Counted from the whole stretch's first letter, positions 1 through 13,317 are shown. The stretch is DNA of 63,573 bases, filler included, from Octopus bimaculoides (GCF_001194135.2; 6 parts of 5 records of this genome joined end to end with filler, not necessarily neighbours in it), one strand, 5' to 3'. The notes: generated from the letters alone by a model not told the origin. Made by a program: numbers and translations.

Positions 1-322
1 AATAATACTACTGTGAGAAAGGCGAGTAGGATCTCGAATAATCTGGGATTTTACTAATTCACTGTTTTATCGCGAGTTGCACGAAACAGCGGAGGTTCAC
101 AAACATGGAAGGCAGTAAGTATGTGTTAATGAATTTCCCTGAGTATGTAATAATGAATTTTCGTAAGTCCTCACTACATATCTATTTCTATAACTTTTTG
201 TCAACATATCCCATGATTCGCTCGATAAGGCGTTAACAAAATTCCAATTTTTCCGTTATGTCAGTTCACGGATGTTAACCAAAGACTAGTATATAGGCTG
301 GACAAACTGAACCCAACTCCAA
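1..322. repeat. Copy 1 of a direct duplication (matches 1368-1689)
   Basis: AATAATACTACTGTGAGAAAGG...CCCAACTCCAA recurs at offset 1367 with no mismatch seen; copy 2 ends at an N gap. Confidence 0.9.
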
Positions 323-529
323 AAATATTCTCGAGTGATAAGAATATGTTTTCCAAAAATGCGTAGAAGTGTGTATATATGTTTGAATTCAAATATTTCT
401 CCTACTATGCATTTGCGCGTGCCTGAGAGTGTGTGTGTTGATATGACCGATGGAGAAAAGGAAAACGTCATACGTAAAAAACAATACTATATATATAATT
501 ATATATATGTATAATTACTTTATAATAGA

Positions 530-668
530 TGATTTCTTTGTACTTATCCTTTTTTGCCGAACCGATAAGTTACGGGGACGTAAACGCAACAACATCTGTT
601 GTTAGGGGGGACAAACACAGATACACAAACACACACACACACATACACACACACACACAAACAAACAC

Positions 669-700
<32 letters not shown>
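530..700 (-). mobile_element. Partial tRNA-derived SINE, family A (3' half)
   Basis: TTTGCCGAACCGATAAGTTACGGGGACGTAAAC...GGACAAACACAGATACAC matches the reverse complement of the full copies at 7675 and 57789. Confidence 0.8.
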
Positions 701-710
<10 letters not shown>

Positions 711-987
711 NNNNNNNNNNCGAGTTATCGACCTTTGTAACAAAGCACACCAGTAGGTGTCACAACGTACCATGCACTCGGGGAAAATTGTTACAACTGA
801 TAACACCTCATTAATTAGAACCTGTCTAATTAATCATATGTAATTTCTTTTTTTTTTTTCTGCTGGTTATAACAATAAATAGAGATATATTGCTAATTAA
901 ATCTGAAAAGAAACTTCAGCTGTGTGCATTTATGTGGGTGCCAAGGCAAAGAAAATGAAAAAATGTAACAACTAGACTCGGTCTCCC

Positions 988-1095
988 CTACATACATACA
1001 TACATACAGACAGACAGACATGCATACATACATACATACATACATACATACATACATACATACATACATACATACATACATGCAAACATACATTT
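988..1095. repeat. (TACA)n microsatellite
   Basis: Direct reading. Confidence 0.95.
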
Positions 1096-1367
1096 ACATT
1101 TATCTAATAATAAATGAATGTAATTTCCAAAAGTTTCCCAACTGAAAAGTATGGAAAATAACCTAACAAAAATTAAAGATTGTAACAGTTGATTATACAG
1201 CTATTGTTTACGTGTAATCTATTCAGGAAGTGCTATATGTCGCACGGAAATATTTGATAAAGAAAACTGACACACTTTATAAAGCAACCTGCTCACATTA
1301 GTGACGTAAACCGGTCACACTGCTTACATAGTTACTGCTATTACTGCCCTCAGCTCACACTACTAAG

Positions 1368-1689
1368 AATAATACTACTGTGAGAAAGGCGAGTAGGATC
1401 TCGAATAATCTGGGATTTTACTAATTCACTGTTTTATCGCGAGTTGCACGAAACAGCGGAGGTTCACAAACATGGAAGGCAGTAAGTATGTGTTAATGAA
1501 TTTCCCTGAGTATGTAATAATGAATTTTCGTAAGTCCTCACTACATATCTATTTCTATAACTTTTTGTCAACATATCCCATGATTCGCTCGATAAGGCGT
1601 TAACAAAATTCCAATTTTTCCGTTATGTCAGTTCACGGATGTTAACCAAAGACTAGTATATAGGCTGGACAAACTGAACCCAACTCCAA
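1368..1689. repeat. Copy 2 of the direct duplication of 1-322
   Basis: Matches 1-322 and abuts an N gap. Confidence 0.9.
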
Positions 1690-2451
1690 NNNNNNNNNNN
1701 NNNNNNNNNNNNNNNNNNNNNNNNNNNNNNNNNNNNNNNNNNNNNNNNNNNNNNNNNNNNNNNNNNNNNNNNNNNNNNNNNNNNNNNNNNNNNNNNNNNN
1801 NNNNNNNNNNNNNNNNNNNNNNNNNNNNNNNNNNNNNNNNNNNNNNNNNNNNNNNNNNNNNNNNNNNNNNNNNNNNNNNNNNNNNNNNNNNNNNNNNNNN
1901 NNNNNNNNNNNNNNNNNNNNNNNNNNNNNNNNNNNNNNNNNNNNNNNNNNNNNNNNNNNNNNNNNNNNNNNNNNNNNNNNNNNNNNNNNNNNNNNNNNNN
2001 NNNNNNNNNNNNNNNNNNNNNNNNNNNNNNNNNNNNNNNNNNNNNNNNNNNNNNNNNNNNNNNNNNNNNNNNNNNNNNNNNNNNNNNNNNNNNNNNNNNN
2101 NNNNNNNNNNNNNNNNNNNNNNNNNNNNNNNNNNNNNNNNNNNNNNNNNNNNNNNNNNNNNNNNNNNNNNNNNNNNNNNNNNNNNNNNNNNNNNNNNNNN
2201 NNNNNNNNNNNNNNNNNNNNNNNNNNNNNNNNNNNNNNNNNNNNNNNNNNNNNNNNNNNNNNNNNNNNNNNNNNNNNNNNNNNNNNNNNNNNNNNNNNNN
2301 NNNNNNNNNNNNNNNNNNNNNNNNNNNNNNNNNNNNNNNNNNNNNNNNNNNNNNNNNNNNNNNNNNNNNNNNNNNNNNNNNNNNNNNNNNNNNNNNNNNN
2401 NNNNNNNGTGTGTGTGTGTGTCTGTGTGTGTACGTGTGTGTGTGTCTGTGT

Positions 2452-2582
2452 GGTTAGAGGGTTGCTTCTCAACCATATGGTTCTAGGTTCAATCCCACCG
2501 CATGGCACCTTGAACAAGTATCTCCCAATATAGCCTCCGTTCAGCCAAAGCCCTGTGAGAGGATTAGTTTGACGAAACCTAA
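2452..2582 (+). mobile_element. SINE family A head fragment
   Basis: CAACCATATGGTTCTAGGTTCAATCCCACC...CACCTTGAACAAGT...CAAAGCCCTGTGAG is homologous to the head at 7675. Confidence 0.75.
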
Positions 2583-2931
2583 AGTTGAAAATTTACTTCC
2601 GACATTATAAATGTTATTAAATTTTAAAAACAATTCTGTCCTCATCCTAAAATAAAAAAGGGACAAAAAAAAAGGTGATAGCTGGATTAACTCTAGCTTT
2701 GCATGATTTCTAAAAGAGAAATTGTTGTTAGGTGTATCATACTCGCAATGTGTTCTTCGTAATCTGGCAGTAGAAATTCTTTTTTCATTTTATGTTCTTC
2801 AGCTATTAAAGAACCGCAGAAGTGAAACCATNNNNNNNNNNNNNNNNNNNNNNNNNNNNNNNNNNNNNNNNNNNNNNNNNNNNNNNNNNNNNNNNNNNNN
2901 NNNNNNNNNNNNNNNNNNNNNNNNNNNNNNN

Positions 2932-3537
2932 GTCACTACTCATTATTTCGTCCATCTGTCTTGCAAATTCTCCTGAGAAGAGCTGTCAAGTTTTTAAGCC
3001 AAAAGACCTGAACCACATCTGGGTCAGGCACTTTCCGTGATGTTGTCAGTCCTTATATTACCAGTGATATCATTTATATTCCTGACTCATCCATTGGGTA
3101 TCTTTCTGTCCAAATATCAATTATTTAATTTAAAATAGTTCCTCGGTTCTCTCATTACTTTCCTGATCAATAATCTCAGCCTCATGCTCGCTTTCTTCCT
3201 TCAACTCTACTGCCATAGTTTCACTATCTGCATTCTCTTCCTCATCTTTCCGTTCACCGCTGGTCTTACTATCCACAAGCACCTGTCTCTTAATGCTTTC
3301 TGGTTCAACTGGAAATAACCATTCGTTCTTTCTGATGACTCTAGCTTGGTCACACAGATTTTATTCACCCCGATTTTATTTGATATTTCAGTACTCTTCA
3401 TGAGGGTTATCGAATTTTAGGTTGCACAACCACCAGTATTTTTTCCCGTGGCACCATCACTGACAGGATCTTCACCCTATAATATAGGATTCTTGTAATC
3501 CTGGTTTACTTTTGGGAGTTTCCGTCTCTTACAAGGG

Positions 3538-3540
<3 letters not shown>
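2932..3540 (-). mobile_element. Decayed 5' portion of an R4/Dong-like RLE non-LTR retrotransposon
   Basis: Minus frame CLWIVRPAVNGKMRKRMQIVKLW resembles the N-terminal CY..S.P..RGYRKRM..W motif at 17381-17719; the 5' end abuts (TAA)n. Confidence 0.5.
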
Positions 3541-3623
<83 letters not shown>

Positions 3624-3635
3624 ATTATTATTATT
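3539..3635. repeat. (TTA)n(TTG)n microsatellite between two RLE elements
   Basis: Direct reading. Confidence 0.95.
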
Positions 3636-4007
3636 CATATACACCCAACAGATTAGAATGTTGGAAAAGAAAAGCATCCTAACATCGGGCTACAACAGTA
3701 GCGTTAGATGCGAAAGACCCTGTCATTGGGTTACAACAACTAAGCTTAGACGCCAAAAACCCTCCTAAGTATCCTACCTGTCCCTAATAACACTGTTTTC
3801 TGCAGCTGTACTAAACTGGGTTTTATGCCTATTTCCTCTATCCATCTCTTCAAATCTTTAGGATACATCTTACACGCTCTTTCCATAGTCTCTGTAATTC
3901 AATAGCTAAGACCTGTTACTTTGCTATTTTTGTAATACTTGTAATATTAACTTTTTCATCATTCAGGACTGTAAAGTCAATTATCTGGTGGTTTCTATTC
4001 TCTTTAT

Positions 4008-4081
<74 letters not shown>

Positions 4082-4545
4082 ACCTACTTAGGCCTTTTAA
4101 CTTCTATTACTCTCTCAGTCTGAATGTTTGAGTCCCACAAAATCTTGTACTTCCTATTTTCTAGTACTTTTCTAGGATCATGTTCATACCATTTATCAGT
4201 ATGTTCAAATCTTGCTCTTCCTTAGATTGTCATGTCGTTTCTTGTATTCTTTCTGTACCAGCATCGTACATTCACTTAACGCTTTCCTCTTTTGATTTGC
4301 ATAATCTACATTGGGAATCTACTTAAATTTTGTCTATTTTGGCTTTTATACAATTAGTTCTTCATGCTTCAGTTTGTGCAGCTACTAACAAACTTTCTGT
4401 CTCCCTGCTGAAACTATGTTTGGGAATTTACAATGCAATACCTTCTCCTGCCAGTCAGATAATTTCTGTTCTTTGTTCTAGTTTTTAAGTTCCTTTTGTG
4501 TTTTCGTTTCCTTATGTTTTGTTGTGACACTAGCAGCTATCAATT
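3634..4545 (-). mobile_element. 3' fragment of an R4/Dong-like RLE element (same family as 14297-17760)
   Basis: Aligns by eye with 14297-15170 (GCTGTACTAAA.TGG.TTT.A.GCCTATTTC; CACCATTTATCA; shared terminus TTCATATACAC). It contains an internal (CTA)n(CTG)n run. Confidence 0.8.
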
Positions 4546-4558
4546 GACTTTCTAATTC

Positions 4559-6135
4559 GTGATCTGTACGGTCGACTTAGTTAGGTTCCATAGACAAGGT
4601 CCCGGTTATTGGAAGCTAAAAGCGTCGTTAACGGCGTGCAAAGCCTACAGAGACCGGATTAGTTTATTAGTTAAGAGGGCATTAACCGGAGCAATCATCA
4701 ATAACAACTGGTGTTTCGCCCCGAAGCGGGCAATTAGAGCAGAATCGATTAGGTTTAGTAAGGCTCTAGCTATAGAACGTAAGAAAGCAAAGCGGGATTT
4801 ACTTAACAAACTAAACGAGGCTCTTGGGACAGGCATCGCAACCGACGTGTTGGAAGCGAGGTTGGCCCTCGACCAACACTTTGAAACCAAACACGAAGGC
4901 TGTGTTGTCAGAGCTAAGGCACGTTCAGTAAGCGGGGAGGGGACTAAGGCCGCTCGATGGGCCCGCGTGGCTGAGGCGAAGCGTGGCAACAGAGTGACCA
5001 TTTGGTCTTTGGTAGACCAGAACGACTGCGAGATTTCAGAACCGAAGCAGATGTGTGCGACCTTTCAGCAGCACTTTGCTCGATTGTTCGGGACGAACGA
5101 TAGGACGGACGACGGGACAGAGTTCGGTGTGTACCTAGACGGCCTGCCGCGAATCTCGACCAGCAAAGCCGAGTGCTGCGAAGGACCGATGTCTGCCTGG
5201 GAAGTACAGGAAGCGATGAAAAGCTGCATGAGAGGTAGATCATCGGGTTTGGATGGTCTGCCCTACGAGCTTTATACTTCAATGCCAGACTTATTTGCGG
5301 ACGTCTTGGCAAACGTCTACTGCAAGTGGCAACAAAACGGGAGAATTCCTGCTTTTGTTTGTCGAGGAGCGGTGGCCTTGCTAAGAAAGGACTCAAACAA
5401 GGGGGACGTTATAGGGAACTTTAGGCCCATCACTCTGCTCAATGCAGAGTTGAAGATTTTAGCCAAGGTGCTAGCCAAGAGAATGGCGCTTCTCGTGTGC
5501 AAACTGATCGGCAGGGCGCAGACATGCGCCGTGCCGACCAGGTCTATCCACGACAACCTCCATCTCATGCGCTATATCATAGAGAGGGTGAGTAACGAAG
5601 CTGGCGTGGGTGGGGCTTTGATCAATTTAGATCAGTGTAAAGCCTTCGATAGGGTCGACCATCGATACCTGGCAGCTGTTCTCAAGGCAGCTGGTTTCGG
5701 TCCGGTCTTCCGCGGGTGGATAGCTGCTTTATACAGCAGTATCTGCTCAGTCATACGGGTGAACGGTCACCTTTCGGAGCAGTTCAACATCTCACGTTCG
5801 GTTCGCCAAGGATGTCCTCTCTCCTCCCTTCTGTATGTATTGACTCTAGAGCCATTACTGCGGAAGTTGGCGGCTTTGAGGGGTGTCCCGCGCGATCTGG
5901 GATGTGGAAAAGGCGTGTCTGCCTATGCCGACGACGTCACCGTGATGGTGTCGAGCCACAGGCACATTGACCTGATTGGCGAGATACTAAACGAATACGA
6001 AGCGGTGACAGGTGCGAAAATTAACGCGGAAAAGTCAGTGGGCTTGCAACTGGGCACCTGGAGGGGCAAGCCCATGCCGTCCAACAGCGTCGTAGGGCGC
6101 TGGACAGACGGACCCGTTAAACTGCTTGGGGTCTG
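4559..6135 (+). mobile_element. 5'-truncated Tx1/L1-clade LINE ORF2 (end of endonuclease region, linker, reverse transcriptase); 3' part lost at scaffold spacer
   Basis: Stop-free ORF of about 525 aa: GPGYWKL, SSGLDGLPYELY, NFRPITLLNAELKILAKVLAKRM, LDQCKAFDRVDH, SVRQGCPLS, AYADDV. Confidence 0.93.
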
Positions 6136-6235
6136 NNNNNNNNNNNNNNNNNNNNNNNNNNNNNNNNNNNNNNNNNNNNTTAATTAATTAANNNNNNNNN
6201 NNNNNNNNNNNNNNNNNNNNNNNNNNNNNNNNNNN
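6136..6235. other. Artificial scaffold spacer (44N-TTAATTAATTAA-44N)
   Basis: The same 100-nt design occurs five times; the 12-mer encodes stops in all six frames. Confidence 0.95.
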
Positions 6236-7674
6236 TATATATATATATATATATATGCATGCACATGATTATATGTAAATAGAATATCCGTAAGCCCCTA
6301 TTTAAATGTTACGTTTGTATTGAGCCTTAAATTAAGGGTTTCGCTAAGGTGATGGTAGGAGGAATTTTTTTTTTCAGAGATTCCTATACAGTTTTGTTGC
6401 CATTTCTATTAAGCTGGTATTTTTGTTCTTTTATTTCTATTTCTATTTAATTATGTTGTTTGTTTTGATGTTATTTATTTCTGGTTATTATTGCTGTTTG
6501 TCGGAAGAGTGTATTTACAATATTTACTTCATTATAAACTTCATTATAAATCTCTGTACATGATAGCTTTTCTGCATTTAATGTTTTTTGTACGTGTGCG
6601 TAATCGTCTGCGAGAATGCAGACGTTTATATTGATGCGCGCATAGACCTCTGTGAGTGTGAAGGCGTCGTATACTTACACACACGTACACACACACGTAC
6701 ACACCCACGCCCACACTTGTATATGCACATACAAACGAACGCCTCTGATCGTGCTTTATACATACATACATACATACATACATATATGTATATATATATA
6801 TNNNNNNNNNNNNNNNNNNNNNNNNNNNNNNNNNNNNNNNNNNNNNNNNNNNNNNNNNNNNNNNNNNNNNNNNNNNNNNNNNNNNNNNNNNNNNNNNNNN
6901 NNNNNNNNNNNNNNNNNNNNNNNNNNNNNNNNNNNNNNNNNNNNNNNNNNNNNNNNNNNNNNNNNNNNNNNNNNNNNNNNNNNNNNNNNNNNNNNNNNNN
7001 NNNNNNNNNNNNNNNNNNNNNNNNNNNNNNNNNNNNNNNNNNNNNNNNNNNNNNNNNNNNNNNNNNNNNNNNNNNNNNNNNNNNNNNNNNNNNNNNNNNN
7101 NNNNNNNNNNNNNNNNNNNNNNNNNNNNNNNNNNNNNNNNNNNNNNNNNNNNNNNNNNNNNNNNNNNNNNNNNNNNNNNNNNNNNNNNNNNNNNNNNNNN
7201 NNNNNNNNNNNNNNNNNNNNNNNNNNNNNNNNNNNNNNNNNNNNNNNNNNNNNNNNNNNNNNNNNNNNNNNNNNNNNNNNNNNNNNNNNNNNNNNNNNNN
7301 NNNNNNNNNNNNNNNNNNNNNNNNNNNNNNNNNNNNNNNNNNNNNNNNNNNNNNNNNNNNNNNNNNNNNNNNNNNNNNNNNNNNNNNNNNNNNNNNNNNN
7401 NNNNNNNNNNNNNNNNNNNNNNNNNNNNNNNNNNNNNNNNNNNNNNNNNNNNNNNNNNNNNNNNNNNNNNNNNNNNNNNNNNNNNNNNNNNNNNNNNNNN
7501 NNNNNNNNNNNNNNNNNNNNNNNNNNNNNNNNNNNNNNNNNNNNNNNNNNNNNNNNNNNNNNNNNNNNNNNNNNNNNNNNNNNNNNNNNNNNNNNNNNNN
7601 NNNNNTATACATGTATATAATTTCTGTTGTGATTTTTTCTTCGCTTTTTCGGATTAATTATATTTATATATGTT

Positions 7675-8040
7675 GGTGCAGGCGTGGCTGTGTGGTAAGT
7701 AGCTTGCTTACCAACCACGTGGTTCTAGGTTCAGTCCCACTTCGTGGCATCTTGGGCAAGTGTCTTCTACTATAGCCTCGGGCCAACCAAAGCCTTGTGT
7801 GTGGTTTGGTAAACGGAAACTGAAAGCCCGTCATATACATTTTTATACATATATATGTACATGTTTGTGCCTTTGTGTCTGTGTTTGTCCCCTCACCGTC
7901 GCTTGACAACCGATGTTAGTGAGTCTGTGTTCTCGTAACATAGCGGTTCAGCAAAGAGACCGATAGACACAGAATATGTCCTGGGGTCGATTTCTTCTAC
8001 TAAAAGGCGGTGTTTCAGCATGGCCGCAGTTAAATGATTG
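7675..8040 (+). mobile_element. Full tRNA-derived SINE, family A (octopus OK/OR-like, CORE-like segment)
   Basis: A-box-like TGGCTGTGTGG, B-box-like GGTTCAGTCC, CTTGGGCAAGTGTCTT, internal (TA/TG) tract, tail GCATGGCCGCAGTTAAATGA. Confidence 0.9.
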
Positions 8041-9137
8041 TGTAAATTTATATGCAACTTTCAGTATAATTTATTATTTGTTATTTAGATCTAAAAATTG
8101 CAGTTTTTAGTAGGCTACGAAGGAGGAATTCAGTCTGTAATTGATGAAGCCTAACAACTCAGAAATACTTGAGTGACAGTCTGATGACGTTATTCATCAC
8201 CCATTTGTGTGATTTCATGCGCAAAACGTATACGGAAAGTTTCCTTTCTGAGACCATTATTGCAGTGAAGATCTTTCCATGTTTGAGTATATTGAAACAT
8301 TTTAATTATAGATATACACCACTCATTTTAATCATCGTGCTTTAACTAATACATGTATAAGTTCACGATCAATGCTATAGATTTGTCCCTCAGGGAAATA
8401 GAAAAAGTCTAAGGTTATAACATTTCGGATATCGTCCTTATTTGCATAGTAAAAAAAATGGGGAAGAAAAGACCAGAAGAAACTGGAAAAGATGGTAAAA
8501 GAAAAGGGAGGAATCAACATTAAAAAAGACAACACCGTGGAAAGAGGCCATATGGATATCGTGTAAATTTTAACCGCTGGCTGACCTGAAGTAAGAGGCA
8601 GACTAAATGGATTACTTTTTGACAGAAATCGAAAAGTCAGGACAGGCGTGTCTGTGTGCATGACTCATTGTGTATCGTGTGTTGTGTGCATGTGCAAGTA
8701 TGTATGTGCAAGTATGTATGTATGTATATATATTTATACGTGTCTTTGTGTGTATTTATACGTATGCACACACGGTAAGCAATCAGGTTTGCGTTGGTTG
8801 CGTTCATTAATCGATTAAAATACGCCACTGATTAACTTTTCACTTAGTAATCTGATTTCCTTTAGAGTTTACACATCACTCATGCATTGACTTCTTACAT
8901 TCAAGAAGAAAATGCCACACGTCTAGAGGGGAGTAGAGGTATATAATCGATGGATTCGATTTCCTATACAACACTGTAATTTTTTTCCGTTTTTGTTGCT
9001 GGTATTGTTGTCCAGAACAATTTCAACCCAGATCGAGCAAAAATTGTTCCAGCCTTGACAATCCCAACATGTTCCTCTTTCTCTCAAAAACCTTTCACCA
9101 ACTTACACAAATACGTATACGCACGCGCACACACACA

Positions 9138-9176
<39 letters not shown>

Positions 9177-9508
9177 TTTATGATCTCAGAACATAAAGGG
9201 CTGTAATTATATAAATAAACATTGATTTCTAATATAGGCATAGTGTCACAATTTTATCGGAAGAAAGAACGGCGGAGGATGATCAATGATATCACCCTGA
9301 GTGTTGGACTCTTACATTTCTTAAGCAATCAAAGAAGTGAGATGGTTGTGATGTTAAAGTTGTTGGTTAGAATGTGTTGTTCGTTTGCCCTCTGCATTCC
9401 GAGTTCAAACAATGCCGAAGTCAACTTTACATTTCCAGAGTTCTATAATTATAATATCAGTCAAGGGCGGTAATACTGGAGCGATTCTTCTTCCCCCACT
9501 CTCTCTCA

Positions 9509-9550
<42 letters not shown>

Positions 9551-9849
9551 CTGCTTCTCTCAATACCGCTGCTTCGCTGTCCCTTTCTCTCTTACACACA
9601 CACATATAGACACACATACACATTCAATCGTACACTTCACATTGAAGTGAAATATAGTCAAGCAATAACCGGTGAGTGCATTTATTGGCTTTATGAATTC
9701 TGACTATTCCCAAATATGGCAATATGTGATATATCATTTGTAACAATTCACCGTCGTCGGGCCTTGGACTGAAGAATAGTGCATTTTTTGGAATGAAGAC
9801 AAATGATTTCATGAAATCTTAAATGGAAAAATGTGTGAGTTGTGTTGAG

Positions 9850-10068
9850 AGATTTTTTTATGTGTTGTGTGTAGTATGTGTGTGTGTGTGTATGTGTTTA
9901 TATATGTGTGTGTCATTGTGTTTGTGTTTCTGCGTGTTTGTGTGTGTGTGTGTGTGCTTGTGTGTGTATGTGAGTATGTTTCTGTGTGTTTGCGTGTGTG
10001 TTTGTGTATATGTGTGCACTTGTGTGTGTGTGCGCGCGCGAGCGCTTGTGTTTGTGTTTCTGTATGTT

Positions 10069-10102
<34 letters not shown>

Positions 10103-10629
10103 TGCGTGTGTATGTGTGTGCGCTTGTGTGTGTGTGTGTGTGTGTGTGCGTGCGTGCTTGTGTTTGTGTTTCTGTGTGTTTGCGTATGTGTGTGTGTGTG
10201 TGCTTGTGTGTGTATGTCAGTGTGTCTGTGTATGTGTGTGTGCTTGTATGTGGGTGTGTGTGAAGAAGAGTGGAAGAGAGCTGTGTGCATTGTACGTGAG
10301 CGTTGCGTGTTGTTTATAAAGTGTATTTACTGTGAAAAGTGTGTACTGTGTGCATGTGTGTGTGTGTGTGGTTGTGTCTGTGTGTGCTTGTGTGTGTATG
10401 TTGTGTGTGTTGCATGTGCTGTGTGTGTGTATGTGTGTGCATGTGTGCCTGTGTGTGAGTTTATGTGTTGTGTGTATTTGTATGTAGTGTGTGTGTTGTG
10501 ATTTGTGTGTTGTGTGTGTTGTGTGTGTATGAGAAATATGTGAGGATTTTGTGTTGTGCATGAGCTGTTCGCATATTGCATGTGTAAGTTGTGTATGTTT
10601 GCGTGTGTGTGCGTACATGCATGTGTATA

Positions 10630-10669
<40 letters not shown>

Positions 10670-11122
10670 TGTATGTGTTGAGTGCGCGTGNNNNNNNNNN
10701 NNNNNNNNNNNNNNNNNNNNNNNNNNNNNNNNNNNNNNNNNNNNNNNNNNNNNNNNNNNNNNNNNNNNNNNNNNNNNNNNNNNNNNNNNNNNNNNNNNNN
10801 NNNNNNNNNNNNNNNNNNNNNNNNNNNNNNNNNNNNNNNNNNNNNNNNNNNNNNNNNNNNNNNNNNNNNNNNNNNNNNNNNNNNNNNNNNNNNNNNNNNN
10901 NNNNNNNNNNNNNNNNNNNNNNNNNNNNNNNNNNNNNNNNNNNNNNNNNNNNNNNNNNNNNNNNNNNNNNNNNNNNNNNNNNNNNNNNNNNNNNNNNNNN
11001 NNTTGTGTGTGTTGTGTGTGTATGAGAAATATGTGAGGATTTTGTGTTGTGCATGAGCTGTTCGCATATTGCATGTGTAAGTTGTGTATGTTTGCGTGTG
11101 TGTGCGTACATGCATGTGTATA

Positions 11123-11162
<40 letters not shown>

Positions 11163-11345
11163 TGTATGTGTTGAGTGCGCGTGTTCTGTGTAAAGCATAT
11201 GTGTTTTATTGTAAGCTATGTGCATTGCGTTCAAACTTCGTGTGTTTAGTGATTGAGTTTTGCAAGTTGTTTGTCTGCTGTGTCTCGTGTGTGAGCCTGT
11301 GTGCATACGAACTTTTATGTGTGTGTGTGTGCGCGCGCGAGAGAG
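9850..11345. repeat. Cryptic (TG)n low-complexity tract, including a gap-flanking duplication (about 10511-10690 = 11004-11183)
   Basis: Direct reading; accounts for all VC/HT-rich pseudo-ORFs here. Confidence 0.95.
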
Positions 11346-11667
11346 TTAAAGGGCAAAAAGTGACCTTGAAAGGAGTGACATGACGTGTCTAAGACATACA
11401 CACATTCACTCACCTCTCACCTCTTAACTTTCACCTCACCTTCCAAGTCACACTTATATTAAACTGGCTTAAGTTAGAGGAATAACATGGGCGGGTGGTT
11501 GAATAAATGGACAACATACACGCACATACGCATACACAGACACAGGCAAATATATACAAATACACACATACACACACACAATCTCTCTCACACACAGTGT
11601 ACACAATATATACATGCAACATATATAACCTTTATACAATAGACGCAAAGAATACGTACACACACAC

Positions 11668-11715
11668 ATACACATCTCTATCTATCTATCTATCTATCCA
11701 TCCATCCATCCATCC

Positions 11716-11755
<40 letters not shown>

Positions 11756-11766
11756 CTGTCTCTCTC

Positions 11767-11812
<46 letters not shown>

Positions 11813-11825
11813 CATCCATCCATCC

Positions 11826-11872
<47 letters not shown>

Positions 11873-11875
11873 CAT
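11668..11875. repeat. (TCTA)n/(TCCA)n compound microsatellite
   Basis: Direct reading. Confidence 0.95.
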
Positions 11876-11971
11876 GCATGTATTAATATATGTATGTATG
11901 TGTGTGTACGTATTGTTTGCGTATTGCATATTGCGTGTGTAGGTATTGTGTAAAAGTTATATATGTTGCTT

Positions 11972-12004
<33 letters not shown>

Positions 12005-12124
12005 TATTTGTGTGTGGATACATATATTAATATATGTTTAAATGCATATATATGTATGTGTATATATATATTTCTCTCTCTCTGTATATTATATATGTGT
12101 GTGCGTGCGTGTGTGTGAATATAC

Positions 12125-12168
<44 letters not shown>

Positions 12169-12778
12169 TCTAACACACACACACACACATACACACAACG
12201 TTTAAACATTAAATACTCAGAACACACATAGAGATCACCCATGCCTTGTAAACAACATCCAAAAATAACATACACGCATGCGCACAAGAGGCATACAATA
12301 TTTACATAACAAACACATACACACAGTCACACACATACACACACACAATTAAAAAAAAAGACACCCACAAACACACACAAAGCACATTTATAAATAATCC
12401 ATAGACGCACTCCTAATACAGCGTACGCACACACACACAAGTCACACATCATACGCACAATACACAAAAACCCACCCACACACACACACATACAAACGCA
12501 GGCACACTCATACACACAATAAATGCATAGCACACACAGAAATAACACAAACACATTCCTAACACAACACACACGTATACATACACACCTGTCAGATCTA
12601 ACATGTAACTGGCAACGCAGACATACACACATACATACGCGCGTACACAAACACACAGACACACGCATATTTACAAGTACTGATACACCAACCTTCACAC
12701 ATACCAATGTGGAACTTTCCAAAAATCAGGAATTCCATAACAATGACGTCATCGCTGCAACAAGATTCTGGATCAGAT

Positions 12779-12962
12779 ACTCTTTTACTTGTTTCAGTCA
12801 TTTGACTGCGGTCATGCTGGAGCACCCCCAGGACTTATTCTTTGTAAGCCTAGTACTTATTCTATCGAGCTCTTTTGCCGAACCGCTAAGTTACGGGGAC
12901 GTAAATACACTAGCATCGGTTGTCAAGCGATGTTGGGTGGGACAAACACAGACACAAACACA

Positions 12963-13017
<55 letters not shown>

Positions 13018-13172
13018 TTGTACATATATACGACGGGCTTCTTTCAGTTTCCGTTTACCAAATCCACTCACAAGGCTTTGGTCGGCCCGAGGCTATAGTA
13101 GAAGATACTTGCCCATGGTGCCACATAGTGGCACTGAACCTGTGTGGTAAGCAAGCTACTTACCACACAGCC
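12779..13172 (-). mobile_element. Full SINE family A
   Basis: Reverse complement of the 7675 and 57789 copies, with an internal (CA)n tract. Confidence 0.9.
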
Positions 13173-13317
13173 ACAAACTAAGCCGAGGATACGGTTTCGA
13201 TTCACTTGTTGGAACGCTACGTATTATTTTTCAGTATCAATATGCAATCTCATTGGAAGGCATGAGTATCACAACACGCTCTTCTGGAAAAAATGTTACC
13301 TGAGCATCAGCGCCACC

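Noticed and set aside
7675-7760. tRNA gene (also at other SINE heads)
   Set aside because: A/B boxes are present but there is no complete cloverleaf, and each continues into a SINE body.
6588-7775. 300-400 aa ORFs here and at 1628, 22847, 37691, 48406 and 62045
   Set aside because: Open only because N runs translate as X.
8070-8135. Possible terminal plus-strand exon DLKIAVFSRLRRRNSVCN*
   Set aside because: Short, acceptor only, with no linked exons or recognisable homology.
9823-12722. Many long ORFs rich in VC/HT/IY dipeptides
   Set aside because: Translations of (TG)n, (CA)n, (TA)n and (TCTA)n simple repeats.
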